A stretch of 64,000 nucleotides of DNA from a virus, in the IMG/VR virus record IMGVR_UViG_3300009157_000003, positions 6,776 to 70,775 of that record; one strand, given 5' to 3'. The position numbers were made by a program, and so were the translations under genes. Shown one piece after another: positions 37,599-46,863 of this stretch. The notes under the pieces were generated by a model. The model did not search any database. It was not told the DNA's origin and saw nothing but the letters and a program-made list of their open reading frames with translations. Numbering within the stretch: the stretch's first letter is position 1; each line of letters opens with the position of its first letter.

Positions 37599-37911
37599 GA
37601 GTCACCAGCGCGCGAAGCCAGCGGCCGAGGCGGCGGTACCACACGCGATCGTACCGGGTCTGGAGGTCGGCGCGGAGATCGCGGACGACCTCGGTCAGAT
37701 CGACCACCGCCATGACGAGCGCGTCGAGGGGCACGAGGAGCGGGTCGGGCTCGTCGTCGGCGTACGGATCCTCCGGCGGAGCGGTGATCACCGGCGGAGG
37801 GAACGAGACCACGCGCGCGGCCATCTCCGTCGGTTGCTGCACGTTCATGATCGCGTCGCCCAGGCGCGCCGCGACGCCACTCAGGTGCAGGCGTCCGCCG
37901 TCGAGGCTCAT
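37582..37911 (-). CDS. Hypothetical protein (coiled coil with W..RL..W end)
   Basis: ATGA coupling; fills the operon gap. Confidence 0.5.
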   Translation of the reverse strand: MSLDGGRLHLSGVAARLGDAIMNVQQPTEMAARVVSFPPPVITAPPEDPYADDEPDPLLVPLDALVMAVVDLTEVVRDLRADLQTRYDRVWYRRLGRWLRALVTRVTGH

Positions 37912-38255
37912 GTGATCAGCACCGTCACTAGACAGCCCTCGCCCGCGTCATCGGCATCGACGTAGAAGTCTTCGAGCCGGAGCGCGTTCGGCGACCACGT
38001 GAGCGCGGCGCTGAAGGTCGGGAGGAGATTGTCGGTCGGGATCGGCAGGACCGCGTACACCCCGACGAGCGTCGTCTTGTCCATCGCGGCGTTGCCGATG
38101 TAGACGCGGCCGACGTTCGTTTGGAGCGCCTGGAAGAGAATGCCGTGCAGGGGAAAGGTCCGGCCGGTTTTCCATTCATCGGACGGGAGCGCCGCGAACA
38201 CCGAGACCGGCGTCCCGGCCGCCGCAACGATGATCGGGCCGATCGCCTGAATCAT
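37908..38255 (-). CDS. Small beta-sandwich virion protein
   Basis: QA...NVG.VYIG..., YVDA..GEG motif; -10 box upstream. Confidence 0.6.
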   Translation of the reverse strand: MIQAIGPIIVAAAGTPVSVFAALPSDEWKTGRTFPLHGILFQALQTNVGRVYIGNAAMDKTTLVGVYAVLPIPTDNLLPTFSAALTWSPNALRLEDFYVDADDAGEGCLVTVLIT

Positions 38256-38268
38256 GGCGCGGGCGAGT

Positions 38269-38514
38269 TTACCACGCGAATTGCCCGCCGAGCGTGGGCT
38301 CGCCGGTGACCGAGAGCGACTCCTTCGTCCCGAGGGTGAACTTCTCGCGGTGCGCGCCGGTGCCGGGCGGCGGCGGGATCGGCGCGGCGGGGCTGTAGCT
38401 CCACGCAATCGCCGATCGGCCGAGGGTCGTCCCGGTCGATCCCGGCGTGACACCGTTGCCGGGCCGCTTGATGTGCGCGACGGCGCGGCGCTTCGTGAGC
38501 GAGTCTACCGGCAT
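38269..38514 (-). CDS. Hypothetical protein
   Basis: ATG 3 nt after the previous stop; fills the gap. Confidence 0.55.
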   Translation of the reverse strand: MPVDSLTKRRAVAHIKRPGNGVTPGSTGTTLGRSAIAWSYSPAAPIPPPPGTGAHREKFTLGTKESLSVTGEPTLGGQFAW

Positions 38515-38517
38515 CGG

Positions 38518-39831
38518 CTAGGGCGAGTTGGCTTCCGACTCGGTGTAGACCCCGGCGGCGTCGGCAAAGTCCTTCTCCCACTCGGCCGCGCCGCCGTCGT
38601 CGAGGAACTGGATCTTGCCGGTGTTCGAATCGACGAGGATCCCGTTGCGGATCACCATGTAGAGACGGCCGATCTTCTCGGCGAGCGAGACGGTGGCGCC
38701 GGGGACGCCCGTCGGCTCGCCGAAGATATCGACCGTGAGGACGTCGAGCACTTCCGTGTTGACCTGCGCGGGCGTCGCGCGCGAGGACACCGTCGCGTCG
38801 AGGTTGGTCGAGACGAGGATCCCGATCGCGGTAACGCCGCTCTGGATCGATCCCAACTGCGTGTCGAGATTCGCGGCCGCGAGCCCGACGGCGGCGCGGA
38901 TGTCGGCGGCGTTTCCGGCGAGCGACGTGAGCGTGCGCGCGGCGGCGCCCCAGACGGCGGTCGCGACGTCGGCGACCAGGGTCCCGAAGGACGTGAGGGT
39001 GCGCGTCGCAGACGCCCACACCGCGACGCCGGTGTCGGTGAAGTAGTCGGCCGCGAACTTCGCCGAGGCGAACGCGCCCGCGGCGATCGACGCGGCGGTG
39101 ATCACCCCGGCTTGCAGCGCGCCGACGGAGACCTGTACCAACTGCGAAGCAAGCGCGAGCGGCGCAGTCCCGAGCCAGAGGACGAGATCCGTCTTGGGGA
39201 CGCCGTCCGTGTTCGGATCGGCGACCGCCTGCCCGACCCACTGCGCGACGTTCACCGTTTCGCCAGGGAGGAGAATCTCGAAGGTACTCGCGCTGGAGGG
39301 GTTGGTGCCCCACGCGGATTCAACGGTCGCGACTTTGGTCGATCCCACGTAGCCGGTGATCAGGCGCGCCTGCCCGCGCGCGTTCGCCGGGCTGTCGTTC
39401 GTGATGTTGACGTAGCAGCCGTTGTAGAAGCCGTCCTTCGCCGAGGCACCGGCGTCGAGCGTGATCGTCGAGCCCGCGCCCGCCTGCGCCGTGCCCGTGC
39501 GGAGCACCGGCAGGCGCTTCGGGTACAGCACGATCGGGGTCGTCTTCGCGTCGGTGGTCGTGGTCTGGACCCGAATGGTCGAGGACTTGGTATCGAGTTC
39601 GGTCGCGACCAGATCGAGGTAGTACATCCCGCTCGGATCGGTGTCGGCGTCGATGAGTTCCGTCGCCTCGTTGACGCAGTTGGCCGCGATCCCGGAGTTG
39701 CGATTGACCTCGGAGTCGAGCCCGGCCGCGCTGGGGACGAGCGCCCCGGTGTTGTCGAGGATCGGGAAGATGACCCGAAAGCGGGCGTTGTAAATCGGGA
39801 ACGGATGGGCGTCGCCCGGACCGGCCGCCAT
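38518..39831 (-). CDS. Minor virion/fibre protein with AVW.A.RTLT repeats
   Basis: GTAQAGAGSTITL..DGFYNG, AVWASATRTLT/AVWGAAARTLT, NLDATVSSR motifs. Confidence 0.7.
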   Translation of the reverse strand: MAAGPGDAHPFPIYNARFRVIFPILDNTGALVPSAAGLDSEVNRNSGIAANCVNEATELIDADTDPSGMYYLDLVATELDTKSSTIRVQTTTTDAKTTPIVLYPKRLPVLRTGTAQAGAGSTITLDAGASAKDGFYNGCYVNITNDSPANARGQARLITGYVGSTKVATVESAWGTNPSSASTFEILLPGETVNVAQWVGQAVADPNTDGVPKTDLVLWLGTAPLALASQLVQVSVGALQAGVITAASIAAGAFASAKFAADYFTDTGVAVWASATRTLTSFGTLVADVATAVWGAAARTLTSLAGNAADIRAAVGLAAANLDTQLGSIQSGVTAIGILVSTNLDATVSSRATPAQVNTEVLDVLTVDIFGEPTGVPGATVSLAEKIGRLYMVIRNGILVDSNTGKIQFLDDGGAAEWEKDFADAAGVYTESEANSP

Positions 39832-39834
39832 CGG

Positions 39835-40137
39835 CTACCCCACACGCGCGGTGAGTTCGAGCGCCTGGGTGTTCTGCATCGTCCCGTTCAACACGCCCTG
39901 CGTGCCGTTGAGCATGTCGAAGACGGCTTGCCCGGTACCCAGCGGCAGCCCGTGATTGACCTCGAACATCGTGAAGTCGTCGGGATCGGGACCCGTGTCG
40001 AACTGGCGGTACCCGCGGCGGATGAGGACCTCCAGCCCCGCGAGGAGTTCCTTCGTGAGCGTGATGACGCGCAGGAGATCCCCGGCGAAGACCGCCGCGC
40101 TGTCGGTTCGGACGATCTTGATGAAATCCGCAGCCAT
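39835..40137 (-). CDS. Hypothetical structural-region protein
   Basis: AAGGAGG SD; TGATG coupling. Confidence 0.6.
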   Translation of the reverse strand: MAADFIKIVRTDSAAVFAGDLLRVITLTKELLAGLEVLIRRGYRQFDTGPDPDDFTMFEVNHGLPLGTGQAVFDMLNGTQGVLNGTMQNTQALELTARVG

Positions 40138-40928
40138 CAGGCGACCTCCTTGAAGCGACGCGGCACGATGATACCTGATCGGCGGCGTCCCCACATGCGG
40201 CCGTCGCCTTTAGTGCCGATCCCGGGACCGCCCACGTGCGGGACGCCGCCCCAGCGACGGAGGATCGGCTGACTGGTCGAGGTCGGCGCCGCATCCAGGA
40301 CCAGCACGTGCGAGATCAGCGCGAGCACCCCGTTGGCGTCGTTGTTCCACCGCGGGGTGTTGGAGGAGAAGTCGGGCGCCGGTTGCGTTTCGACCGCGAC
40401 GCACCCGGCGTTGTTGGCTTGATCGACTTCGATGACTTCGGTCCACGGGGACACAGGCGAGATCGTCGCGCCACTCCCAGCGTACCCATGCGCGGCGATC
40501 GAGATCCCGGAGAGGGGACCGGTGCCGATGCCCGCCCCGGTGACGATGCTGCCGCTGATGGTGACGGCCGCGCTGACGACCGCCCCGACGTCGCCCGCGT
40601 CCGCCACTTCGATCGCGGCGATGCCGACGTAGCAATCGTTGTCGATCGCGACGGTGATCGTCGGGGTACTGCCGACGGCGTTGAGCGCTTTCCAGGTTTC
40701 GTAGAACCAGGGCTGCCCGGTCGCCGGTCGCGTATCGACGTGCGCCCACGTGTTGGTGTCCGTGTCGGTGATGCCGGTGATCGTCGGGTCGGACGGGTTG
40801 CCGAAGAGATTGGCGAAGAGGATCAGTGTGGACCCGGCGCTGACCGGATTGTCGAAGGTGACGGCGATCGAGAGCGCGGTCCCGCCCGCGTCGAAGTTGC
40901 CTTTGCTCTGGGCGATCGAGGCAGGCAT
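40137..40928 (-). CDS. Beta-rich putative virion protein
   Basis: Thr/Ala/Val-rich, ITGITD...NTW pattern, basic C-terminal tail. Confidence 0.6.
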   Translation of the reverse strand: MPASIAQSKGNFDAGGTALSIAVTFDNPVSAGSTLILFANLFGNPSDPTITGITDTDTNTWAHVDTRPATGQPWFYETWKALNAVGSTPTITVAIDNDCYVGIAAIEVADAGDVGAVVSAAVTISGSIVTGAGIGTGPLSGISIAAHGYAGSGATISPVSPWTEVIEVDQANNAGCVAVETQPAPDFSSNTPRWNNDANGVLALISHVLVLDAAPTSTSQPILRRWGGVPHVGGPGIGTKGDGRMWGRRRSGIIVPRRFKEVA

Positions 40929-40937
40929 CGCCCCGCC

Positions 40938-41255
40938 CTAGCGCGGCGAGGGATTCGCCTCGACGACCGCCGCGACGGTCCCGCCGCCGCCGATCGGGGT
41001 CGTCTCGCGGAGCCGCACGAAGGCGTACGATCCGACGGGGAGATGCAGCGCGAGGGTCGCGCCGCCGTTCAGATTGGCGATGGTGATCGACATGCCGGTG
41101 ATCGGCGCCCACGTGCCCGGGGTATCGACCTCGGGCGCCTCTTCGGCGATCACCACGCCCGCATTCAGGACGCCGTCGCCCGTGAGGTAGAACGTCGCGT
41201 ACGGCGTGAGCGAGAGATCGACGGCCGGACCGCCGATCTCCACAGGCCCGTGCAT
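40938..41255 (-). CDS. Small beta-sandwich protein
   Basis: G.V..EEA......W.PI, FVRLR motif; AGGA SD. Confidence 0.6.
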   Translation of the reverse strand: MHGPVEIGGPAVDLSLTPYATFYLTGDGVLNAGVVIAEEAPEVDTPGTWAPITGMSITIANLNGGATLALHLPVGSYAFVRLRETTPIGGGGTVAAVVEANPSPR

Positions 41256-41259
41256 GATC

Positions 41260-41523
41260 CTAGACGCCTTCGGTCTTGATCGTGCCGGGGGACGCAACCG
41301 GCGGCATCGGGATCTGTCCGCTCGGTCCCGGATCGTCGCCCTGGAGGCTGACGGTGGTCTGCTGCGCGGGCAGCCCGCTCATCGAGTTCGGTGTTTCCTT
41401 GGGGGTCGCGCCGCCGGGCAGATCGAAGCCGCCGGACGTGCCGCCCCCGCCGGAGGCATCGCCGCCGGGCGTCGGGACGACCGCGCCGCTGTAGGGCGTC
41501 TGAATCTCACCGCGTGAAGGCAT
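41260..41523 (-). CDS. Small Gly/Pro-rich hypothetical protein
   Basis: AGGAG SD. Confidence 0.6.
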   Translation of the reverse strand: MPSRGEIQTPYSGAVVPTPGGDASGGGGTSGGFDLPGGATPKETPNSMSGLPAQQTTVSLQGDDPGPSGQIPMPPVASPGTIKTEGV

Positions 41524-41532
41524 CGGGGGCTC

Positions 41533-42501
41533 CTAGAAGTTGGTATAGCCGAAGTAGCTGCCGAGTGTAGCATCGGTCTCCCGCAGGAGTCGAGTGTCGT
41601 ACGCCCAGGTCCAGGCGGACCACCGCTGCCAGGGGATGTTCGAGATCGACTGCTGATAGACGTCATCGTCGCGAATGTCCAACTGGAGGATCCCGGCTTC
41701 GAAGTCGGCTTTCAACTCGCGCGCGAGGGCGATGTTGAAGTAGGGGTTGGGATCGGCCTTCGACGGGCCGGGCCACTTCGCGGCGGACGCGAGCGCGCCG
41801 GATTCAATGACGTCGGTGCGATCGCCCAGGACGCCGCGGAAGACGAATTCATCGGCGAGGCGCGTCGGGCGGCCGATCGCGTAGTACTGGAGCGAGCCCG
41901 CCGCGGTCGGGGTGGGCCAGTACTCGTACTGCACCTGCCCCAGGGTCCCGGGGAACGGCGAGAGCTTCCGGGCGCCCAGCAGGCGCGGCACGCTATCGAG
42001 CGCCGTACGGGTGGGGTCGAGGAGGTTCAGTTCTTCCTGGGTGCACCACCACGGGACGCAGCGCTGATTGACCTGATCGGTGACCATCGAGAAGCGGCCG
42101 AAGTCCGGCGGCAGCGTCGCGTAGGCGTCGAGGATCTGTGCGGTGACGGCGCCGGTCTCCGTACCGACGTACGGCTGATCGAGGGTGATCTGATCCCCGG
42201 CGAGCGTGACGGACTGGATGGTGTACTTGGGCCACGTGCCGACGGAGAACTGGCGCCCGGCGTCGGCGGGGAGGAAGGTCGCGGCGGCGGCCGTGATCGT
42301 CAGCGAGTTGAACGTCGCGTTCACGGTGACGGTGCGGAGGTCGTCCCACACCAGTTGATTTTCGAGGATCGAGAAGGCCCAGCCGCGGTAATCGAACACC
42401 TGCGCGTAGGCATCCTGGACCCAGGCGCGGACGAGCAGGACCGGCGCATTCGGCACGTAGAGCCGGACGCGGCGCCAGACGTCTTCGAAGGTTTCGGCCA
42501 C
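41533..42501 (-). CDS. Head-tail adaptor/ring protein 1 with inserted beta domain
   Basis: TF..V..RV, W.QDAY, LPPDF, YWPTP...GSLQYY pattern. Confidence 0.7.
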   Translation of the reverse strand: MAETFEDVWRRVRLYVPNAPVLLVRAWVQDAYAQVFDYRGWAFSILENQLVWDDLRTVTVNATFNSLTITAAAATFLPADAGRQFSVGTWPKYTIQSVTLAGDQITLDQPYVGTETGAVTAQILDAYATLPPDFGRFSMVTDQVNQRCVPWWCTQEELNLLDPTRTALDSVPRLLGARKLSPFPGTLGQVQYEYWPTPTAAGSLQYYAIGRPTRLADEFVFRGVLGDRTDVIESGALASAAKWPGPSKADPNPYFNIALARELKADFEAGILQLDIRDDDVYQQSISNIPWQRWSAWTWAYDTRLLRETDATLGSYFGYTNF

Positions 42502-42527
42502 AGGCGGCGGGGAGAGTGTAACGGGCG

Positions 42528-42558
42528 ACGGGCGGGAGTGTCTAGGACTCCCGCCCGT
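42528..42558 (-). terminator. GC-rich hairpin (terminator/attenuator) after the capsid genes
   Basis: ACGGGCGGGAGT-N7-ACTCCCGCCCGT perfect 12-bp inverted repeat; no clear U-tract. Confidence 0.55.
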
Positions 42559-42569
42559 TCCCTACGCAT

Positions 42570-42887
42570 TTACTGGCCGACGAACTCCACCCGGCCACTG
42601 TACGCCGTCAGGTCGGTCGCGTTGGCGACCTCGGCGCCGGTGTTCGGGACGAAGTACAGCAGCTTGCCGGTCGCGACGTCGTACCAGGGCAGCAGCATCG
42701 CGGTCCCGTTGGAGAGGACGCCTCCGAGGATCGCGAAAATCTTGCCCATCCGCACTTCGGTGGGATCGACGGTGATCCCCCCGGTGAGGTACCCGCCCTG
42801 GGCCACGGTCGGCCCCGAGAGCGTCGCGACTTGACGGCGACAGGTCGATTCGACCTGCCCCGGGGCCACGGTGAGATCGAGGTTCAT
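42570..42887 (-). CDS. Head decoration/minor capsid-associated protein
   Basis: AAGGAGG SD; Y.TGG....., EVANATDL motif; follows the capsid gene. Confidence 0.6.
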   Translation of the reverse strand: MNLDLTVAPGQVESTCRRQVATLSGPTVAQGGYLTGGITVDPTEVRMGKIFAILGGVLSNGTAMLLPWYDVATGKLLYFVPNTGAEVANATDLTAYSGRVEFVGQ

Positions 42888-42896
42888 GATCCCTCC

Positions 42897-43484
42897 TTAG
42901 CCTTCGGCCATGCCGTCTTCGACCGCGAGCGCCGCCGTGAAGCGCGACGGCGAGCCCGAGGCCACCGACACCGACTGCCCGAGCTTCGGGTACGTCGCCG
43001 CGGATCCGGCCGCCAACACGTCCGCCACGGCGTCGGTCGCCGAGGGGATGACGTTGAGCCCGGCCGCCGTCGGCGCCGCCGTGGGGCCGCCCTGGATGAG
43101 CACCGTGGCATCGCCACGCCGCTGCACGCAGATGATGTCACCGACCGCCGACACGCACCGCGCGACGCCCGCGACGTTGCCGCGTCCGGCCACCGAGACG
43201 TCGGTGGTGACGAGGTAGGTCGCGCGATCGCGCCAGTACATCACGGCGCCTTCCGACGGCAGGACGTCCATCACCGAGTCGTTCTTCACGAGCCGGTACT
43301 GCTTGGACTTCTTGCTGTCCCCCGGGTCCGCGACGGTGAGGAGGTTGCCCAACTGGCCGCCAATGTACGGGTCGGGCTGATTGAGCAAGCCTCCCCCGTA
43401 ATTGCCGACCGATGGGCGCGCCTCGGTCTCCGGATCGCCGGACTGGAGATAGACCGCATTTTGCTGGTTTCGATTCATCGCCAT
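42897..43484 (-). CDS. Capsid cement/decoration protein
   Basis: AAGGAGG SD; directly after the MCP; YRLVK, VAGVA, VQRRG pattern. Confidence 0.65.
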   Translation of the reverse strand: MAMNRNQQNAVYLQSGDPETEARPSVGNYGGGLLNQPDPYIGGQLGNLLTVADPGDSKKSKQYRLVKNDSVMDVLPSEGAVMYWRDRATYLVTTDVSVAGRGNVAGVARCVSAVGDIICVQRRGDATVLIQGGPTAAPTAAGLNVIPSATDAVADVLAAGSAATYPKLGQSVSVASGSPSRFTAALAVEDGMAEG

Positions 43485-43505
43485 TGTGTGAAGTCTACCT
43501 CCTTC

Positions 43506-44633
43506 CTACTTCGTGAAGCCGTACATCCCACGCGAGAGGCGCGGGCTGCGGCAGGTGAAGTTTCCGCCGAAGAGGATCTGGCCGGAAACCTGATTGTCGT
43601 CGCGGGCTCCCTTGAACCCGGTGAAGCCGAAGGCGAACTTCGCCGACTGCGCGATGAAGAGCCGGAGGTACGCATCGTCTCCGGACGGTCCGGGGTTGAG
43701 CCACCAGAACGTCTCGCTGTCGGCGTTGTAGTCGCCCAGGTCGGGGTCATCGACGCCGTCCTGCCCGGGGCAGTACTGCGAGACGACGATCGTCGCCTGA
43801 TTGAACTTCATACCGGGCCAGTTGATCTCCGGGTCGAGCACGTCGATCTTCTGTTGCGGGCTGAAGGTCTCCGCGATGAAGCCCATCTCCCGGTTGGTGG
43901 TCAGCCCGAGCTTCGGACGCTCGGCGCCGATCACGCAGGACATGAAGCTGTGCTCCAGGACGCGGAACGACGTGGTCGTGTTCGACACCGGCACGAGGCC
44001 CACGGGCGAGTTCAGCGCAGGCGCGACGGACGCGCGAAGCTGACCGCCGTAGGTCGGGAAGGTGGCACCGGTCCACGTGGTGTTGGTCCCGTCGGTCAAC
44101 GCCTCTTCGAGCCCGTTGATCTCCGCCGTGCGGTCGTTGCCGCCGACGTTCTGCCCGTGATGGAACAGGGCGATCTCCAGGATCGAGGAGAGGGTCAGCG
44201 CCGCGTTCCCCAGATCGACCTTGAGGGTCGAGAACATGGCGGTCGGTCCGGCCATCTCGACTTCGAGGTCTTCCAGGAATTCGGTGACGTTGACTTCGTA
44301 GTACCGCGGGGTGAAGAGCAGACCCGAGTACGTCTGCCGCTTCGTGACGTTGAACGTGGCGCCCTTCTTGTAGGCGCCGCCGCGCATCGGCTTGTAGAGG
44401 TAGTTCTCTTGGATGAGCGGACCGGTCCACTTCCGATTGAACCGTGCCTTCAGGTAGGCCATCAGCGGCCCCGCCTTGAAGAAGTTGTCCACCACCCCTG
44501 GCATGATCCGCTTGGTCGCGACGGTGTTGACTTCGTCGAGTTGGATCGCCATACCGGCGGCGAACGCCAACAACGAGAGAAGGCTCAACAGGCCGCCGAT
44601 CGCAGAGAGATCGGGCAGGTCGATTGGCAACAC
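43506..44633 (-). CDS. Major capsid protein (HK97 fold) with a 27-aa hydrophobic N-terminal extension (alternative start ATG 44552)
   Basis: VVDNFFK..PL..YL, INGL, G...PTYGG..R, C.SPR..G motifs; follows the scaffold gene; GGAG SD and -10 box precede GTG 44633. Confidence 0.85.
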   Translation of the reverse strand: MLPIDLPDLSAIGGLLSLLSLLAFAAGMAIQLDEVNTVATKRIMPGVVDNFFKAGPLMAYLKARFNRKWTGPLIQENYLYKPMRGGAYKKGATFNVTKRQTYSGLLFTPRYYEVNVTEFLEDLEVEMAGPTAMFSTLKVDLGNAALTLSSILEIALFHHGQNVGGNDRTAEINGLEEALTDGTNTTWTGATFPTYGGQLRASVAPALNSPVGLVPVSNTTTSFRVLEHSFMSCVIGAERPKLGLTTNREMGFIAETFSPQQKIDVLDPEINWPGMKFNQATIVVSQYCPGQDGVDDPDLGDYNADSETFWWLNPGPSGDDAYLRLFIAQSAKFAFGFTGFKGARDDNQVSGQILFGGNFTCRSPRLSRGMYGFTK

Positions 44634-44679
44634 GGAGGACTCCGAACGTACACCGGAGCCCGGGCGATCCGATCAGTAG

Positions 44680-45456
44680 CTACGCGGTTTTGCCCGCGAC
44701 GAGTTGCGAGTACTCGTCAGCGGCCGCTTCGGCACTGAAGTCGCCGGGGTTCGGCTTCTGCGTGGTGTCGAGGGCATCCAGAGGGGAGCCCGGATCGCGT
44801 GCGACGCCCGGGAACCGAGGGTTGTGCCCCTGCGCCTGTCGTTCGACCATGCGCCGGGAGACTTCCTTCTCGATCCGTTCGTCGTCCGCTTTCTTGGCTT
44901 TCTCGGCGTACTTGTCCTTGAACCGCTCCTGGTAGACCCCCATCAGGCCGATGTCTTTGACCTGGGGATCTTTCATCAGGGCCACGGTGTCGAGGACCTC
45001 ACCGAAATTCTGGAAGTGACTGAGTACGAGGGTGTTCAACTGCCCGGCAAACGCCGCGTAGTTGCCCTCGCGCTCCGTCAGAATCTTATCAACGTCCTCG
45101 CGGCTGACCCCAGCCGGAGGGGTGTTCGTCGGATCGCCGACGGGCAGCGGATCGCCGGGCTTCCATCCGGCCTTTTTGGCAGCTTCCCCGATCGCCACGG
45201 TGTCCTTCACGTTCTTGTGCCAATCGGTGAGGGTGCCGTGCCACGCTTCGACTTCGGCCTTGCGGGTCTTGACCTCGTCCATCCCCCGCGAGTAATCCTG
45301 CTGTCGGAGCGCCGCGTCCCCGAGGGTGTCGAGCGCGTCACTGACCGCGTCGCCCGCCAGCACCTCGCGCGCCTTCGTTTGAAGGTCGGCGGGGAGCTTC
45401 CCCATGAACACGTCCAAAATGGCCTGACCCGCTTCGCGCTTGTTCGTCGCTGCCAT
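44680..45456 (-). CDS. Capsid scaffolding protein
   Basis: LRQQDYSR motif, charged helical sequence, directly upstream of the MCP. Confidence 0.75.
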   Translation of the reverse strand: MAATNKREAGQAILDVFMGKLPADLQTKAREVLAGDAVSDALDTLGDAALRQQDYSRGMDEVKTRKAEVEAWHGTLTDWHKNVKDTVAIGEAAKKAGWKPGDPLPVGDPTNTPPAGVSREDVDKILTEREGNYAAFAGQLNTLVLSHFQNFGEVLDTVALMKDPQVKDIGLMGVYQERFKDKYAEKAKKADDERIEKEVSRRMVERQAQGHNPRFPGVARDPGSPLDALDTTQKPNPGDFSAEAAADEYSQLVAGKTA

Positions 45457-45459
45457 ACA

Positions 45460-45855
45460 CTAGATCCCCCCAGACGCCAGTGGCGACCCGGCTCGCGAGA
45501 AGCCCCCTCCCGGAAAGTTGGGGCCAGGGGACATCGGCGAGACGGGACCTGCACCTGCCTGCTGAACCTTTGCCAACGCGCTTTGCAGCGCGGCCTTCAC
45601 GATGGCCCAATCCTGCGCCAGATTGGGCATCATCTGGGCGAAGCTATCGACCGCTTCGCTCATGGACTGCCCCGCGGAGAGGACGCCCGCGAGGACTTCC
45701 GGCGGGAACTGATCCGCCGTGACGGAGGCCGCCGACCCGCGACCGCCCATCAGGTCCCCGAGGGGGAGACCCGGATTCACGCCCTGTTCGAGCGCGGGCG
45801 AGGGCGGCGGGCCGTCGAGCGCCGTGCCGCCGGGGATGTCTGCGGGAGAGGCCAT
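45460..45855 (-). CDS. Small Pro/Gly-rich protein
   Basis: AGGA SD; one amphipathic helix pair. Confidence 0.65.
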   Translation of the reverse strand: MASPADIPGGTALDGPPPSPALEQGVNPGLPLGDLMGGRGSAASVTADQFPPEVLAGVLSAGQSMSEAVDSFAQMMPNLAQDWAIVKAALQSALAKVQQAGAGPVSPMSPGPNFPGGGFSRAGSPLASGGI

Positions 45856-45865
45856 GAAATCCTGG

Positions 45866-46087
45866 TTACCGACGGCCCGACGGCCGCCGCGTGGTCATCA
45901 GCGAGGACTTCTTCGACGCCGCCCCGCCCCCGAGCGATCCGCCGAGGGATCCGCCCCCGCCGCCGCCGCCACCCATCATCGTCTTGCCCAGGCGCATCGG
46001 CGCGCCCAGTGCTTTCTTGACGCCGCCGTGCGCGCCGCCGATGGCTTTCGAGATGCCTTTGTGGAGCGCGCCGAGACCAAAGGGCAT
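45866..46087 (-). CDS. Small Gly/Lys-rich basic protein
   Basis: GAGGA SD; poly-Gly tract. Confidence 0.55.
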   Translation of the reverse strand: MPFGLGALHKGISKAIGGAHGGVKKALGAPMRLGKTMMGGGGGGGGSLGGSLGGGAASKKSSLMTTRRPSGRR

Positions 46088-46116
46088 AGGATCCTCGTCG
46101 TGGACGCCGTCGGAGA

Positions 46117-46308
46117 CTAGCGCTTGCCGCCGAACTTCTTCATCGGCATCTTCGACGCGGGGGAGTTCGTGATCCCCTTGGAGCCGCCGATGTTGCCGGT
46201 CTTCGAGCCTGGGGTACGGATGCCCTTGCGGTTGGACGAGAGGATCCCGGTGGGACCCGTCGGCTTGCTCATCTCCCCAACCTTACCGTAGCCAATTCCT
46301 GCTGGCAT
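46117..46308 (-). CDS. Small Gly/Lys-rich basic protein
   Basis: GAGGA SD and upstream TGcTACGCT box. Confidence 0.6.
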   Translation of the reverse strand: MPAGIGYGKVGEMSKPTGPTGILSSNRKGIRTPGSKTGNIGGSKGITNSPASKMPMKKFGGKR

Positions 46309-46341
46309 GATGATCCTCTTCGGCGCGCTAGCGTAGCACGG

Positions 46342-46551
46342 TTAGCGCTTCGACGTCGTGCGGCCGCCCGGACGGAGTCCCTTGGTGACGCCTTTGGTGG
46401 CGATCGCCTGCCGGTGCATCGCGGCCTTCTTCAGGCCCTCCTGCACGTGCGCGGCGCCGCGGTTCTGAATGTGCGCGTCCGGTCCGGTCGTGTAGTCGGT
46501 CGAGCGGACGTCGCCACGGAGTGATCCAGCGGGAATGCGATCCTGACCCAT
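46342..46551 (-). CDS. Small basic protein
   Basis: GAGGT SD; TAGCCGATG junction. Confidence 0.55.
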   Translation of the reverse strand: MGQDRIPAGSLRGDVRSTDYTTGPDAHIQNRGAAHVQEGLKKAAMHRQAIATKGVTKGLRPGGRTTSKR

Positions 46552-46554
46552 CGG

Positions 46555-46845
46555 CTACCTCGATACGCGGCGATTGGCCGCGGAGACCATCGAGCGGCGG
46601 CGCGGGCCGCGGCGCGACGGGAGATTGATGTCCTGACCGTGAGTCTTCGCGAGCGGGCGGCGATCGAACGCGGCCTGATCGGCTTGCGCGGGGGTGGATC
46701 GCGCGGGCGCGGTGGAGATGCCGGGGTTCTCGACACGCGCGCCTTTGCCGAAGAGGCGCTGATGGGACGCGCGTTCGCCCGCTTCCATGTGCGGGCCGCC
46801 CTTCAGCGGCGAGGTCGTGTTCGCGTCACGCTTCTCTTGCGGCAC
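46555..46845 (-). CDS. Small Arg-rich protein
   Basis: Leaderless GTG 6 nt after TGcTACACT. Confidence 0.55.
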   Translation of the reverse strand: MPQEKRDANTTSPLKGGPHMEAGERASHQRLFGKGARVENPGISTAPARSTPAQADQAAFDRRPLAKTHGQDINLPSRRGPRRRSMVSAANRRVSR

Positions 46846-46863
46846 GGCGGGAGTGTAGCACGA

